Origin: Polymyxa betae A26-41
Taxonomy: Eukaryota; Protista; Endomyxa: Phytomyxea
DNA length: 48,632 bases
Assembly: GCA_003693705.1 (NCBI GenBank)
Contig: RBZT01000478.1
Coordinates: 1 to 48,632 of the forward strand
Direction: 5' to 3'
Part shown: in pieces, positions 35,100 through 48,010 of the stretch
Numbering within the stretch: position 1 is the stretch's first letter
How the letters are laid out: each line of letters begins with the position of its first letter
The notes under the pieces: model-generated
What the model saw: the letters and a program-made list of their open reading frames with translations, nothing else
Databases searched by the model: none
Told to the model about the DNA's origin: nothing
Translations under genes and position numbers: made by a program

Positions 35100-35760
35100 C
35101 TAAACCACCTTAGATAAGGGCCCTTGTAAATGTGCCTTCAGAGCCAGGACTCGCCTCTTGTTCCAGGCTAATTGTGCATCCTGGTCGATAACCGCCGTCA
35201 GCAGGAATGATGATACAGAGCAGGTGATCAGGGCGCCTTTCGAGAATGTAATCTGTTGCAGTTCGAGCGTTGAAGAGCCGAGCGCTTCACGACCATCCAG
35301 ATCGAAGGTCATCCAGATCTGGGCTAGGAGCCCGCTCATTACTTGTGAGAACGCCTTGTTGCCAGCGAATAGAATTAGTGATCCATCTGCTTTAATTAAC
35401 CTATAAAAATCTCCGATTTGTATAACATTGCTCGCCAAAAGCAAAAGCGAAAGAAGCTTAAAAGTTTAATACGTCGAGGAGCTTTTGCTCTGTCATAAAA
35501 TGTACAAAATGATTGCAGCAAGCTTGAAAAAGAGAGAGAAATTGAAAAACGTTTTCTTACATGAAGGAACGAATACCTTCAGAACAGAATCGTTCGAGCC
35601 GATCCTGTAATAAGGTCCATTTCACAAACGGTTGAGATGTGATCGGTGGGATGATGCTGGGAACGGTTTCCTCAGACAGGCCCCGAGACGGCTTGCCGAG
35701 CCCAGACCACTGGACGTCGTCATTGTTGGCAGACTCGGAGAGCGAAAGCCGATCTGACAT
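35100..35760 (-). CDS. LAMTOR2: Ragulator subunit LAMTOR2 (roadblock fold) with N-terminal extension; intron about 35402-35560
   Basis: ..FCSEGIRSFM|LIKADGSLILFAG...LLAQIWMTFDLDGREAL...LALKAHLQGPLSKV aligns with the LAMTOR2 pattern LLNNEGSLLAYSG...NIWAAYDRNG...LEEPLTQV. Confidence 0.75.
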
Positions 35761-36271
35761 TGGGGCTTCGCAGCCGTCAATGAACCTTTCTCGGTGTCCG
35801 CTATCAAAATCTGTTCAAGAACAATAGTGGTTTAGCTCATGATTGAGATCTGGGATTCGGTTTTACAGGAGATAAATGTTACCATCCAACGTTTCGGAGC
35901 GATTATTTCAGGAATTGATGCTGAGTCGTTCGCCGTATGTAAAGCTTTTCATGCTTCATCAAAATTTATTTCCCTTTCCCAGCAGTGCAGGTTGCCATCC
36001 AAGCATCGCCTGGATTCAAAAATCGGTCTCAAGTTTACTACAATGGGAATCGTTGCCTTTTTAGATGATTAAATTGAGGACTTTTGATGGTCGCTGTTGT
36101 TGAAGGTTGTCACAAAATCAGTTGTTTTGTTCAAGCAGGGTTCGAGCCTGTGTAGCGAGTTACGATTAGGAAAACATTCAGAAATATTTAACTAATTTAT
36201 TTGTTGCTTAAAGTTGACAATTGATATGAAGCCTGTTAGACGGCAACAAGCGTCCGAGCTCATTCGCAATC

Positions 36272-38345
36272 CTAACATCGTTCATCATCGATAAAGCCAG
36301 CGACAGCCTGGGACCGATCCCAGACCACAAACGAGTCTTGGCACGGGTTCGTCAGGCATCCCGTCGCCTGAAACCCATCTAACCGAAAACCATGAGCGAG
36401 CGCTGCGCCCCGAAAAAACCCAGACGACCAAACCAACCTGCTGGAATCGTGACGCAAGCAGCGCCGCCGGGCGTCCACGTGAACAGCCGCGACGAATCCG
36501 TGACGATCAGCAGCTGCGTTCGCGTCCGGCTCCAGGTGATCGCCCGAACCGGTGCCAGATGGACCAGTACGCACGCCAGCGACAACGTCTTCGTCATCCA
36601 GACGTACACGCAGGTCGGTTGATTATCTAACGCAGATCAGCGGCGGCGTCGACGACCGACGATCGAACCGTTTCTCGTCGCGAGATAGTCGCTGTTCGGA
36701 CACCATTCCATCAGGCCGACGCCGAACTTCGCCGACGCGTCGCGATCCGGATCGGCGACGACCTCGGGCACCGAGAACGGCACCTTGCCCAGGACGTACT
36801 GCGACGAATCCGTCGCCCCCGATCGCGACTCGATATAGACGGCGACCGTGGGCGTGTTGACCGCGCCCGCCAGATGGCTCAGCTCGCAAACGACCTTCCA
36901 CCTAACGAACACCGTTCATCGCATCGAACGCGCCGTCGCGCAAACCGACGTCAAATAGTTCACGATGCGGACGCGCTGATCGTAGCTGCCGATCGCCAGC
37001 AGCATCGAGTTCGGCGTCCCTGTACAACAGACCATTCAGAACCGGGCCCAGGGGCCAGTACGGTCCCTTTCATACATTGGACGGATTTGATGGCAAGCGC
37101 GTCTTCATAGGCGGAATAGGCCATGAGGCGTTCGCCTTTCGGGACGGCGTAGACGCAGACGTTGTAGTAGAGCGGGCCGTCCCAGGCGCAGAGGAAGGCG
37201 CCGTTCGGGGCGAACGCCAACCCGACCAGGTTGGTCGTACCGGCCTCCCAGGTCTGCCGGGCGGTGAATTGGATGATGGGGAGGGCGTTGGGTGAGAGGT
37301 GGCCATACAGCGATCTGGGTCCAGTTTTCGGTCGCATACAGATGGATGTAATCTTTGAATGTGCGGCGATGGGAGACGGCCAGCAGCTTCCCTGCATCGG
37401 GGGGAAGGTTTTAGTGGCAGTCGTGATGAGAAGAGACAGGATCGAGACCTTCAGCATCGAAATCGAGCGCCTTCTCGGGATTCTTTGGGTTCTCCTGAAG
37501 CCAACAGATTACACGCCGGGACTAAACTTCAAGAGAAAAAATACTTGGTGGATTTTGCCAAAAAAAAACGGAAGCCAGCAAAGTATTTCAGTAAATGAAA
37601 AGAGCCCTTATTAAAGACTACACTTGATGGATTTGTAGGAGGAAATAAAGCTAAGAACGAAGTGAACAGCCTTCAAAACCAACAAAGATGTAAAGTTTTC
37701 AAAAACGTATTTTTGTTGAGATGAGAAGAAAGCAGTAGCAAAATGATTCGTAAAAAAGTGCCAATTTTACAAAAATAAAAAAAAAGAATGAAGCAGCGTA
37801 CAATATAGCGATGATGACGAGAGGCGAGATCCCAGATCGTCAGACGAATATTGAACTGGGAGCAGGTCAGGACATGGGCGCCATCAGGGGCGAACCGAGC
37901 CCAGGACAGGCCGCAGACGCCCTCGTCGATCTTGGCGACCGGCGCTGCGTGGGTGTCAGGCGTCCATCGATCGCACACGACCCATCCAGCCCACCTTGGA
38001 CGAGATCGGAGCTGGCGTCCGCCGAGATCGAGAACACCCAGACCCGAGCTCGAAGCAGCTGGGCGCAAAGCAAATGCTTCGAATCGCCCGACCATTCTGA
38101 GCACTTTTATTCAGGATTTTTTGAATAAAATTTTCTTGAAATTTTTTTTTTTTAAATAAAAAAGTAAAAAATTGAAGCATACCGATATGCTGGACGAGAT
38201 CGCAGCATTCACAGACGCGAACGACTCGTAGTGTCTCTGCCTGGCGAACGGCGACCCGCATGCCGTCGACGATAGCAGCGACCAGGACGCCATCGGGCGA
38301 GTAGGCGACGGGGCCGGCGACCTGGAACGGCTCTGAGAACTCCAT
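36272..38345 (-). CDS. WRAP73: WD repeat protein WRAP73/WDR8 (centriole/basal body), multi-exon
   Basis: MEFSEPF...AYSPDG, HI|EWSGDS, AKIDEGVCGLSWARFAPDG..VLTCSQFNIRLTIWDL, AWDGPLYY, AYEDALAIKSVQ. Confidence 0.88.
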
Positions 38346-38407
38346 CGTCAAAGAGCGCTCTCCTTTGCTGTTAAAGGTGCTGGGGGTGGCCGCGCGCACC
38401 TCGTGCG

Positions 38408-38431
38408 TTAGGGTTTAGGGTTTTAGGGTTT
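38408..38431 (+). repeat. Telomeric/telo-box tract in the divergent WRAP73-PDCD2 promoter
   Basis: ttagggtttagggttttagggttt. Confidence 0.8.
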
Positions 38432-38480
38432 ACGCAACTCCGTGACGCTTCCTCATTGTTGTCATCCCATCAATCAGCAA

Positions 38481-39846
38481 ATGGTGGCGCCGGCGATCGT
38501 CGATCGCGACTCCGATGCCGAGGAAGGCGACGCCGACCCGGTCCTGCTCGGATTCGTTCAGCGCCAGGCGACACGCTTCGCCCTGGTCCGCGATCGCTTC
38601 CCCAGCAAGGTCGGCGGGTTCCCGGCCTGGCTGGACCCGGAGCATGTCCCGGACGCCGCCCGCCTCTCCTGCAAGCGATGCGGACGCATCATGCGATTTC
38701 TGGCGCAGATCTACGCCCCGGTCGATGACGTCCCGGATGCCTTCCATCGAACGCTGTTCGTATTCTGCTGTTTAGACCCGGGCTGTGCTAGCTCGCCTTC
38801 AAGGTTCGGCTGCTTTTGCTGTTACAATTCATTCTTGTCCTTTCAGATTTTTTTTTTTTTTAATTTTGCTGAAGTTAGAATTTGTTTTGGCTGCCTTCAA
38901 TGTGATTAACGGATTCATTTCAGCGTTCGCGTGCTGAGATCGCAGCTGCCTCGTGCGAATCCGTACTATCCTAGTGATCCGCCTCTCGTGACCTCGGACG
39001 ACGCTCCCAACGGGGACGATTTCGCTTCAGATCCGGCTTTTGAAGACGGTTTGTCGACGGCGGTCAGTTTCTGTTGAAATTTTGACGATTTTATGCAGTC
39101 AAGTTGTGCAATGTTTGCGGGCTGTTAGCGCCGAAGTCGTGCGCCGGCTGCCGTCGCCGGTTCTACTGCAGCCGCGACCATCAGGTCATTGACTGGCGCT
39201 CCGGCCATTCGGGGTGCTGCTCAACGGAGCTGTCGTCGGAGCCGGCTTGCCTACAAGGCGTGTTTCCGCAGTTCGAAATCTGCATCGAAGACGAGGACGA
39301 TATCGATGAAGCAGAACTTACACCGAAAGAGAAAGGTACAACTTCGTTCAAAACGTTCAACTTTTTTGCAACGTTTTTCTGATTTTTTTTTTCCTCACTC
39401 CATTGGTAATTGTTTCCATTGCAGCCATGCTGAAGCATTACGAGAGCGAGGTCAGCAAGCTCGAAGGCGACGATGTTACCGATCACGAGAAGCTTTCGTT
39501 CGATAGCGCCGCCGTCGACGACGTCTTTGTCGAATTTCAGCAGCGAATGCAGCGGGCACCATCGCAATGCTTCCGATATAGGCGATGTTCGCCCCGGCCG
39601 CTTTGGACGCATTCCAAAGGGCGTCTTTCCGATTCTGAAGCGGAGCGATGGCGCTGCCGATCGTGTGCTGGACCGGTGGCGTTCGAGTTTCAGATCCTGC
39701 CGCAGCTGTTATCGTTCCTAGATACCGACCCAGGCTTTGATTTCGGCACGATTGCTGTGTATACTTGCAGGGCAAGCTGCAATGTCGGCCAAGAGGCTTA
39801 TCGTGAGGAACATGTATGGAGGCAGGGACCAGCTGCCCCTATGTAA
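38481..39846 (+). CDS. PDCD2: Programmed cell death protein 2 (MYND finger + PDCD2_C; uS5 chaperone family), multi-exon
   Basis: VLLGF, SKVGGFPAWLD, FLAQIYAP, FHRTLFVFCC, LRSQLPRANPYY, MYND CNVCG..C..C...YCSRDHQVIDW, FEFQILPQLL, DFGTIAVYTC. Confidence 0.95.
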
Positions 39847-39859
39847 TGAAAGCCAGTTT

Positions 39860-40694
39860 ACTTAATTAAACAGATCTTGTATTTATATCTCACCAGTTCG
39901 GGATGACTGTCGAAGGCTCCTATCGAGCTCTCATCATCGCTGCCATTTGCATTTTTTCGCTTTCTGTTCAATTGTTTAAATGTTGTCTCATCTTCTCAAA
40001 GTGGACGATCACCAGTAAAGCGCTTTTGCAATTATTGTGAGGCTCTCTGAATCCTTGGCTCAACCATCCAATTTTGGATTTGGAATTTGCACTTTGACGG
40101 TTTGATGCGTTTGCTGAAAGCCAATCTTGCAATGCTCTCAGGGGGAAGGTGCTCAAATTCCATGGCGAAAGTATTCTACCTTGTCTTTAATGATACTTGC
40201 TTTTCGTAGGTTATCTGGGAGCACATCAACGCCAAATCCGGCAACGATCAGAGATTCTTCAATGTCCCTTTCATACGATTCCGGAGTGAGGAAGAAGTCT
40301 CACGTTCAAAGCGCCACATCGCCCAAATGACAGTGTTCGAGCATCCTGCCCGTCGTAAGTTCACATTCGCCGAAACGAAATTCACCCTTTCTGATCTCCA
40401 TTCAAAGAACGAAGGCTTCATTGTTCCTCCTGCGAAGACCCGTTCGCCATTCCAATCGATTGCAAAGGCGAACTTCACTATTGGGTTCCAAAAATTGAAT
40501 AAGCTTAACACAAAGGCGCTAAGGTTATTGTGCCGCCGCCGGACGTTTGGCGATTCGAAAAATTCGTTGGTTGCTACTCCACTGATATGTCTTGATTGTG
40601 TTTTAGCGTGCGAGAGGTTCAAGCAGGCTCTCGGCCGCAGGCCTTTTTATTGTACTCATTCGTTGTCGGATTCTCCAGACATCTTCTTCGCCAT
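39860..40694 (-). CDS. Possible hypothetical multi-exon gene
   Basis: Protein-like fragments (e.g. DFFLTPESYERDIEESLIVAGFGVDVLPDNLRKASIIKDK) between plausible splice sites. No family recognised. Confidence 0.3.
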
Positions 40695-41234
40695 TCGTCT
40701 TACGTAACTGCAATACAAGAGTCAATATTTCCCGATCTCGCTATTACTGTTGTTGAGAGATTGTGAATTGTGAATACTAGAATGAATTTATACCAACAGA
40801 AGTGACTGTCAAATAATACCTTGACATGCAATGGTGAACTAATTTTGTACAATAGATTTTAGACTTCATTAAACAGGAAAATGCGAAAGCGACAAACGGT
40901 CGAAAAGGTTCACAAAATAACCATACTCGACATATTGGCACTTCTCATAGGCATGCCGTTCATCAGAACATTTCCATGGTAGCCAATACGAATTCTGCCG
41001 ACATTGGTTCAGGGGCAAAAGTAGATGAGCGCATCGGTCACGGTAGTGGTAAGGAATCTGGGCAGCATCGAGCTGCTCCTGGGTCGGCCCTGCTCATCCG
41101 ACATCAATACTGGACGGGCCTGTTTCATACAGATTGTTTACGGTTCGGCTTCGATTCTGTCATCAGTGTTGTAGAGCGATTGAGGAATAAACTTCTATCG
41201 CAGCCAACAAAATCACAAACTGTAAGTAACGTCG

Positions 41235-41411
41235 GAAATTTGAAAAGTTGCGCGTTTTTGCAGACTTTCTGTGATCATATTCGTTACATTTCGAGATGAT
41301 CCTACGTTGTAAATTCGCTTTCTTCTTGTTTATAACGTGAGAATTTTGAAAATTGCGCGTTTTTGCATCTTTTTCTGTGATCAAATTCGTTACATTTCGA
41401 GTTATGATCCT
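41235..41411 (+). repeat. Imperfect ~70-bp direct repeat (41235-41303 / 41341-41411)
   Basis: tttgaaaa(g)ttgcgcgtttttgca...ttctgtgatca.attcgttacatttcgag..atgatcct occurs twice. Confidence 0.85.
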
Positions 41412-41507
41412 TGATGAAATCGAAATCAATACTGATGGACGAATAATGGCAAGCCGTTTTTTCATGGTTTAGATAAAGGTTTATTATTAGCGTACAGAAT
41501 GCGAAAG

Positions 41508-43833
41508 CTAGCGCCGGGACTTTTTCCCAAAACGCGACGATTTCGGTTTGAGGGGATCTTTACGATTCCGAAGCACTTTCAACCGGATCCGTTCACGTTT
41601 GTTCCCGCGCTTGTGAGACATGAACTTTTTCGTGGACGGCTCTGGTGCCTCCGGATCTGGCACGGCACCAGCTGGCAGTAGATACTTAGGGACGGCAGCC
41701 AAATGAGCTTTGGCCAAACTCGGGCGCAAAGTCCGGTCGTGAAGCAGCGCCAATTCACGTGGGTTGTCCTCGAAGTGGCTTTGTAGCTTATCGCTATTTA
41801 CAATCTCCTGCTTGAGCTGATCAAGCCGTGCCTCCTTAACAGTCCTCACGGTGATCTGACTCAGGATATCGTCAACTCGGTATTTGAAGGCGCGTACAGC
41901 TTCCACATCCATGATCAACTCCTTAATATCGCAATGAACCGGGACGTCTTCAAGATCAACATCAACTTGCTCCGTGTAGTGCTGCTTAATCTAAAAAACA
42001 TTTTAGCAAATGATTAATTTTTGGAAAAAAAGCCTCAAAAGGTAAATGGTCAATTAAGCGCACTGGGACTAGGAATGAGAAAACCTGAAAACGCCGATTT
42101 GCACCTTCTCCCAGACTTCAGTCGATGTAGGGTCGGCCGTCACGATGGTGTAAGCGTTGCCTGCATGACCGGCTCGGGCAACACGACCAACACGATGTAC
42201 GTAGCTGGAGACATTGTTCGGCATGTCGAAATTAACAACGTTGGCAACGTCTTCAAAGTCGATACCGCGGGCCACGTTAAAGTTGCTATTCTGTTTCTGG
42301 CCACGGGAAGCCTTCTTCTTCTCAACGGAAAAGTTCACAGACGCATCTGTGGCGATGAGCGTTGTGACAAGGCCACGGTTGAAAGCGCGAATCATTTCTG
42401 TTCGGGAGTTGATCGGTAGATCGGCGTTTAGAACAGCGGCCTTAACGGAAAATGCCTCAAGGAAGAGCTTCAAACGAAAGGCAGTGGGGACGTCGGCCAC
42501 GAAGAACAGCGTTTTACCTCGAATAACTCCTAGAAAACAGTAAATCGTCAGCAATTTGAGACTAGGAGACAGAGGCGTTGGAAACAGAAGAAGGAAAGCT
42601 ACAAGCATGATGAATGATTTCAAGATGCAGCGAAATGCAAAGCGAACCGCACTAAGCCGAAATAAACAATCTACTGCAATAAAGAGAGGAAAATCGGTGA
42701 TAACTAAACATGAGAAGTCGTTTAAACGAAAAAACAATTTTGAGTGATCAACTCGCGAAATAGCAAAAAATGAAATGTCGCCGGTTCAGTCGTACCGAGC
42801 TTAACGAGGGCGAAAATGGTCAGATGTTTGTCATCAAACGACGACCGGATGTAGTATTGGCTCAAGAGGTTATCAGCTTGTTCGGCATCGTTAAGTCGAA
42901 TGACGACAGGTTTGCGCAAGACCAAAGCCTTAAAAGCGTCGAGATCCGGATTCAACGTGGCGCTCACGAGCATCGTCTGCAAGCTTCTGGTTGGTAACGC
43001 TGCGAAGAGCTCTCGCAGATCTTCATCGTATCCGTACGATAGAACCAGGTCGGCCTCATCGACGACCAAGAAGCGCAGATCGAGGCCGGGCCTAATAAGG
43101 CATTATCAGTGACACATAGCGATAGTATGGAAAACCGGCTACGTTTGGCGAAGAAACTCGACAGCATTAGCCGGAGTCCCGACAAGAACGTGATGAAGAA
43201 TGGCGTTAACCGCCACAGAGCCTGGGGCGGCGTCATCCAGGCCGACGACCGCGACCTTGTCGAAGCAGAAATACAGCAGCGACTCGAGAACGCGAGTCAT
43301 CTGGCGGCACAGATCACGAGTCGGGACCAGGATCATAGCCGATGTCATCGACGACGCCTTCCACAAACGTCATCAGCATCACAACCATATGATATTGTGA
43401 AACGCGAAACGAAGAAAACAAGATGGCAACTCAATGACAGATAAAAGGCCACGCTCAGACAGAACCAAAAAAACAAAAAAAAAACTAAACAGAAAACGAA
43501 GTAACGTAAACCAGAGCCGACCTTGTCGACTGATTCTGAGGGCACGCTATGAAGGAGACTATGAAGGATTGGCAGTACGAAGGCGACGGTCTTCCCGCTC
43601 CCGGTTTTAGCACGCAGCAGCGCATCCGAGCCTAAACGAGAGCTCAGCAAAACGATAAGGCTGGTGATTGCAATGGACCGACCGCCCAGGAGAATGGGGA
43701 TGGCGTGCGATTGGATCAAGGTCGGGCGCACGAACCCCATTTTGGCCACGGCTTTCCAGAGGCGCGCATCTAGGCCAAATTCGGAGAACGTCGTCACCGC
43801 AGCGGTAGCTGTCTTCTTCGTTGTCGTGGGCAT
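41508..43833 (-). CDS. DBP9: DEAD-box RNA helicase DDX56/DBP9, multi-exon
   Basis: PTLIQSHAIP, AKTGSGKT, VVDEADLVLSYGY, SATL, VARGIDF, YVHRVGRVARAG, FKYRVDD...VKEARL...LQSHFEDNP. Confidence 0.95.
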
Positions 43834-44338
43834 TGCTTTAGACCGATAGCCCCTTCGGTCCTGGAAAAAATTTCAGGAATCGCCCTGCTGAGAATCTCGG
43901 TCACGGAGTCCGAAAGGTCACGGAGACCTCGACCAAAAAAATTTTTTTTTTTGAAATATTTCTCAGTTTGTGAAGCAATTCTCTGCAATATTTCTGGGAT
44001 GAATTCTCGTCCTGTTTGTACTGCCTATAGACATCACGACTCTGTTTTCAAGTCTGATTGGCAAATCTTGACGAATATGTTGGTTTTACAATGCTTTGTA
44101 GAGACTAATTCATTTCAGTTTTATGCATCTTTAATGCGAAATAAAATCTGAAGGCTGCCAGGGCGATTCTAAAACTATCGATATCTTGACGGGATTGTAT
44201 TGCTTGATCGCCTGATTTCACGTCCTCGTTAGTCATCAAGGTGAACTGATCAATCTGAATCAGCACCTGGTCACGATCCGATAGCTTTTCCTTTGACAAT
44301 CGGAATTGTTGTAAGAAAAAACCACTGCATGCAAGATG

Positions 44339-44459
44339 ACGGTCTTTGTCACAGAGCCCAAACTGTAGTCGGAAACCACCTGATGCAGATCCAGGGTAAT
44401 CGCGTTGTCCACAGTGTAGAAATCTCGCCTCTTTGCATCACAAAAAGGCACGTCTGAGC
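44339..44459 (-). repeat. Second copy of the MULE-like fragment (matches 47903-48002)
   Basis: cggtctttgtcacaga...cctgatgcagatccaggg...tccacagtgtagaaatc...aaggcacgtctgagc occurs in both places. Confidence 0.8.
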
Positions 44460-45220
44460 GATCATCGTCGAGCTGGCCCGATTTCATCGCGGTTCGCTAC
44501 ATATCGGTGAAAGACGTCGCCCCGTCGTTGCTCGTTTTGCTGACGAAGGCTGCTGGCAGGTCTGGACGACCCGGAATGGAGGCAGCTGGCATTGGATGGT
44601 TCAGCTGCCCCGTTGTGTCATTGCTGCAGAAATTCGTGATCGGACAAATCTGGCAGCAGACCAGCCGCCAATACAATCCGGCCGAAGTCGAAGCCCAGCG
44701 CCCCCTCATCGAATACGGCCTCGCCGAACTACCCGAGATCCAAACCCAGGTCTTGCACAGGTTCCCGACCGTGATGGCCCATGGCGATCTGCACTGCGGC
44801 AACATTATCGTGGCCGATGACGGCCGGTTCCGCCTGGTTGATAGGCAGGCGTCGTGTGTCCTCCCGATCTTCTACGATATCTGTTATTTCATCGGGACCA
44901 GCGTACCTATTCAGGTGAAAGATGCCAGGATTTAGGGTTTTGCCTTCGTTGATGACATGTCCAGTTGCGACGCCAGCAAATGGATCGATGGCTTCGTCTG
45001 TATCTGGACGAGGTCGGCTTGGCCCATGCTTTTAAAGAGGCCGTCGACGTATGTTTCGAAGTCTGCCTGTACAGCGTCCTGCTCCCGCTGGCGTTCATGG
45101 CGTTTCTGATCAAAACGACAGTAAAAACGGCATCATGAAATTTGAGGCGAGCGGTCGGCGTGCTCTGGCCATGCTCGATGTCGGTTCAGCATCACCTCTG
45201 ACGCTTGTTGTTCGTGACTA
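44458..45220 (+). pseudogene. 5'-truncated copy of the APH-like kinase
   Basis: Begins mid-gene (IVELARFH). HGDLHCGN is retained, DWQ has become DRQ, and there are small indels relative to the 9.7-11.1 kb copy. Confidence 0.8.
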
Positions 45221-45508
45221 AACCCTAACAGGATCATCACACTGAAAAACAACTTCATGCTCTGATCGAATCTGAGGCTATTAATTACAAGAAGCTCTCT
45301 CTTTGGCGAAATTGTCAGTAAACTACACGACCTAATAGATTACAATGATTGCTGTCTTGACATTTTACTGAGTAAATCGGCTGATAACGAAACTAAAGAA
45401 ATTATCCGAAGTTACCGAAAAAAATTGCCCAATCGAAAGACTATACCTTGGGATATGAATAAAGATTGAGTGTTTTGTTCGTCTCTCATTTGAGCTCATG
45501 AGCATCGC

Positions 45509-46430
45509 TTATTGATGCTTTGAAAGGGAAGCATCGACATGCGGGCGAATGCTGACCTCATCGGGCGACAAAAGCTTCTCAACGCCATGGACACGAACAC
45601 GAAGCTCCCCGGTCGGGGCGACGCCGACGCAAACCGCTTCGTAATGATCGTCGCGATGTTCGAGTTTTCTCGGCATGACGACAATTTTCTGCCCATCGAG
45701 GACGTGCAGCTTCTTGAACTCTTCTAGCATCTGTTCGTTGCTCTTCGATAACATTTTTTCAATTTCGGCAAAAAAGCTTCGCCAGCAGCATCTTTCAGCA
45801 AAATGTCAGACGCCGCAAATGAATGCTACAGCTTCTTACTTCGCGCTCGACGTCGCATCCTACGATGCTTCGAATGCTGACAGCAGAGCGGGCAACGTCC
45901 GGATTCGGATTCAACGACATCGTCTCGTTAACATTGATGCCAATACCGACGATCATCACGAACTTCCTCGATGTCATTTCGGTAATCGTCAAAACGCCGG
46001 CCAGCTTCTTACCGTCCGTCCAGACGTCGTTCGGCCATTTAACGCCAGCATTGGCTACGCCAAATGCTCGGATCGCGTTCGTCACAGCGACGCCGACGCC
46101 TAGGCCTAGCTTGATTCGAAACCATTCGGTGAATGAATTCGGATGCAGAATGAACGTCACATAGATGTTCTCGTAAGCTGGACTGGACCAGACACGCCCA
46201 ACGCCTCTCCCAACGCCGTTTGATTGATAATCAGCAATGATCTAAACAAGTTAATTTTAAGAATACGAAATCTCATGAAAGCGATAAAGACCATTGTTCC
46301 ATGGGCGGCGGACTGCATCAGGTTGCGAGCCTCGTCCATCGTCGAGGTCGTCTTGTCGAAGTGGTGGACGTAGCGCCCGACGCTGGTGGTTGTCAGATGC
46401 TGCTGGAAACGTGTGGTCAAGAACGGACGG
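45509..46430 (-). pseudogene. Frameshifted biotin-protein ligase copy
   Basis: Exon 3 reads aagcttttttgcc vs aagctttgtgcc in the intact copy (+1 nt, premature TGA). The 5' end is fused to the duplicated fragment. Confidence 0.75.
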
Positions 46431-47049
46431 TGATAGTCGCCTTTCTCAACGCCGTTCGATTGATATTTAGCAAATATCTAAACAGCAAAATTTAGGAATA
46501 CGACATCGAAAGGTGAAAGCGATAAAGACCATTGTTCCATGGGTGGCGGTCGGCATCAGGGTGCGAGCCTCGCTCATTGCCGAGGTCGTCTTGTCGAAGT
46601 GGTGGACGAGGCGCCCCAAGCTGGTCGTCGTCAGGTGCTGCCGGAAAAGTGCTGTCAAGGACGGGCGGTGAAACGGGGACGCCATCGATAGACAGCAACT
46701 ACCCAACAGGATATGAAAGATTAGAGGAGTCCAAAACATCCTCGACATGTGGATTATATTGGACAGGATGGGACTTGGAAGGAGGCCAAAACTCTGTAGT
46801 TGAGCAGAATAGAGATGGTTGTTTTCAGAACTGCGAACATGTGTAACATGTGTGCTCCATGTCGCAGTTAGAGAGAACCCTTGAAAATGTGCGTCTGTGT
46901 AAACGCGCCAACTCAGACTGCGTGGCGGGGCCTCGACGCACCTGGGAGTGGTCACTGTCTTCTCTCCAGTCAATGCAGCGCTTCCATCAGAGTAGCCTCA
47001 GTTCGCTACTGTAGCTGGCGAAATCAGCCTGCTGATTATATTCATCTTG

Positions 47050-48010
47050 CATCCTGTCTTGGACGTAACCGCTCCATTGCTTCTTGTTTTCTGTCTTCAC
47101 AATTTTTTTGAGGCTTGTTCTTCTTGGAAGTTATGGCCTCTAAATGAAGCGCAAGCCGGTAGAAGTTCATTTTCCACCTCTTTTTTCTTCTCTCCGCGAT
47201 CATTTACTATTGGATTGATCCCTTCAGCCCGCTGTGTTGAGACAGCCCTAGCAGAAAAAGTCTGTCGGCGAGCGCGGAACAATTTTTCTATTTATTCCTA
47301 TAGCCAAGCGTTTGAGAATATTTGCTGCATGGTTATAAGATGAGTAAAGCTCCTTGCAATTTCGAGGTGCTTGAGCAGAAGCAATAAAACAATGGTGAAA
47401 TATTGCCTTAGTGATCTCTCGCAAGAAAGCAGATCTTGTGTCTCCAGTTAAACCGGTTTGAACTTTTATAGTTTCACCTTAAAAGTGATGCACAAAGCAG
47501 CTGCTTCATTTCATGTCTTATTGGCTCCCTCTCAGTCAAGCTTTCAAGGTTTTATGTTCGTGATCCGCACTACTTTGAATCGAAGATTCCACCTTATTCA
47601 AGATACTCATTTCCTAAACGTAAACTCGAGATGCTATCAGGATCATCCCAAATTCGGCTTCACAACCCTTTTCGAGAAGTTGGGAAATGAGAGGAAAGCT
47701 ACAATCACGAGTTGGGAATTGGAACTTCATCATCTGACGAGTTTTTTCTGTAGTAACGCTGCTAGATCCAATGTCCATCGCAAACTGTATTTATTCGGCA
47801 AAAAATCTGGCTTTGAAGCATAATAAAGCATCCGGGAGTGAGGTCGCTCATCATTCATCTTAAGAGGATGACAATGTTCTTAGACAAGTTTTTGAAATCA
47901 TAACGGTCTTTGTCACAGAACCCAGAAACGGCCTGATGCAGATCCAGGGTCCACAGTGTAGAAATCCTCGTCTTTTTACATCACCAAAAGGCACGTCTGA
48001 GCCATAAATT
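47050..48010 (-). mobile_element. Mutator-like (MULE/FAR1-type) transposase relic
   Basis: Fragments DEDFYTVD..FW, PDALL../NKYSL, KQLLC, YNHAANILKRL and TFSARAVSTQRAEGIN (cf. MULE FxAGxxSTQRxExxN) appear in canonical order with many stops. Confidence 0.5.

Larger units (their letters stand above)
44458..46950 (-). repeat. Inverted segmental duplicate of about 8200-10500, with an internal tandem re-duplication of the BPL 5' part (about 46450-46700)
   Basis: Reverse-complement similarity throughout (kinase 3' half, intergenic region, BPL, ACATGT-rich flank). Confidence 0.92.
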
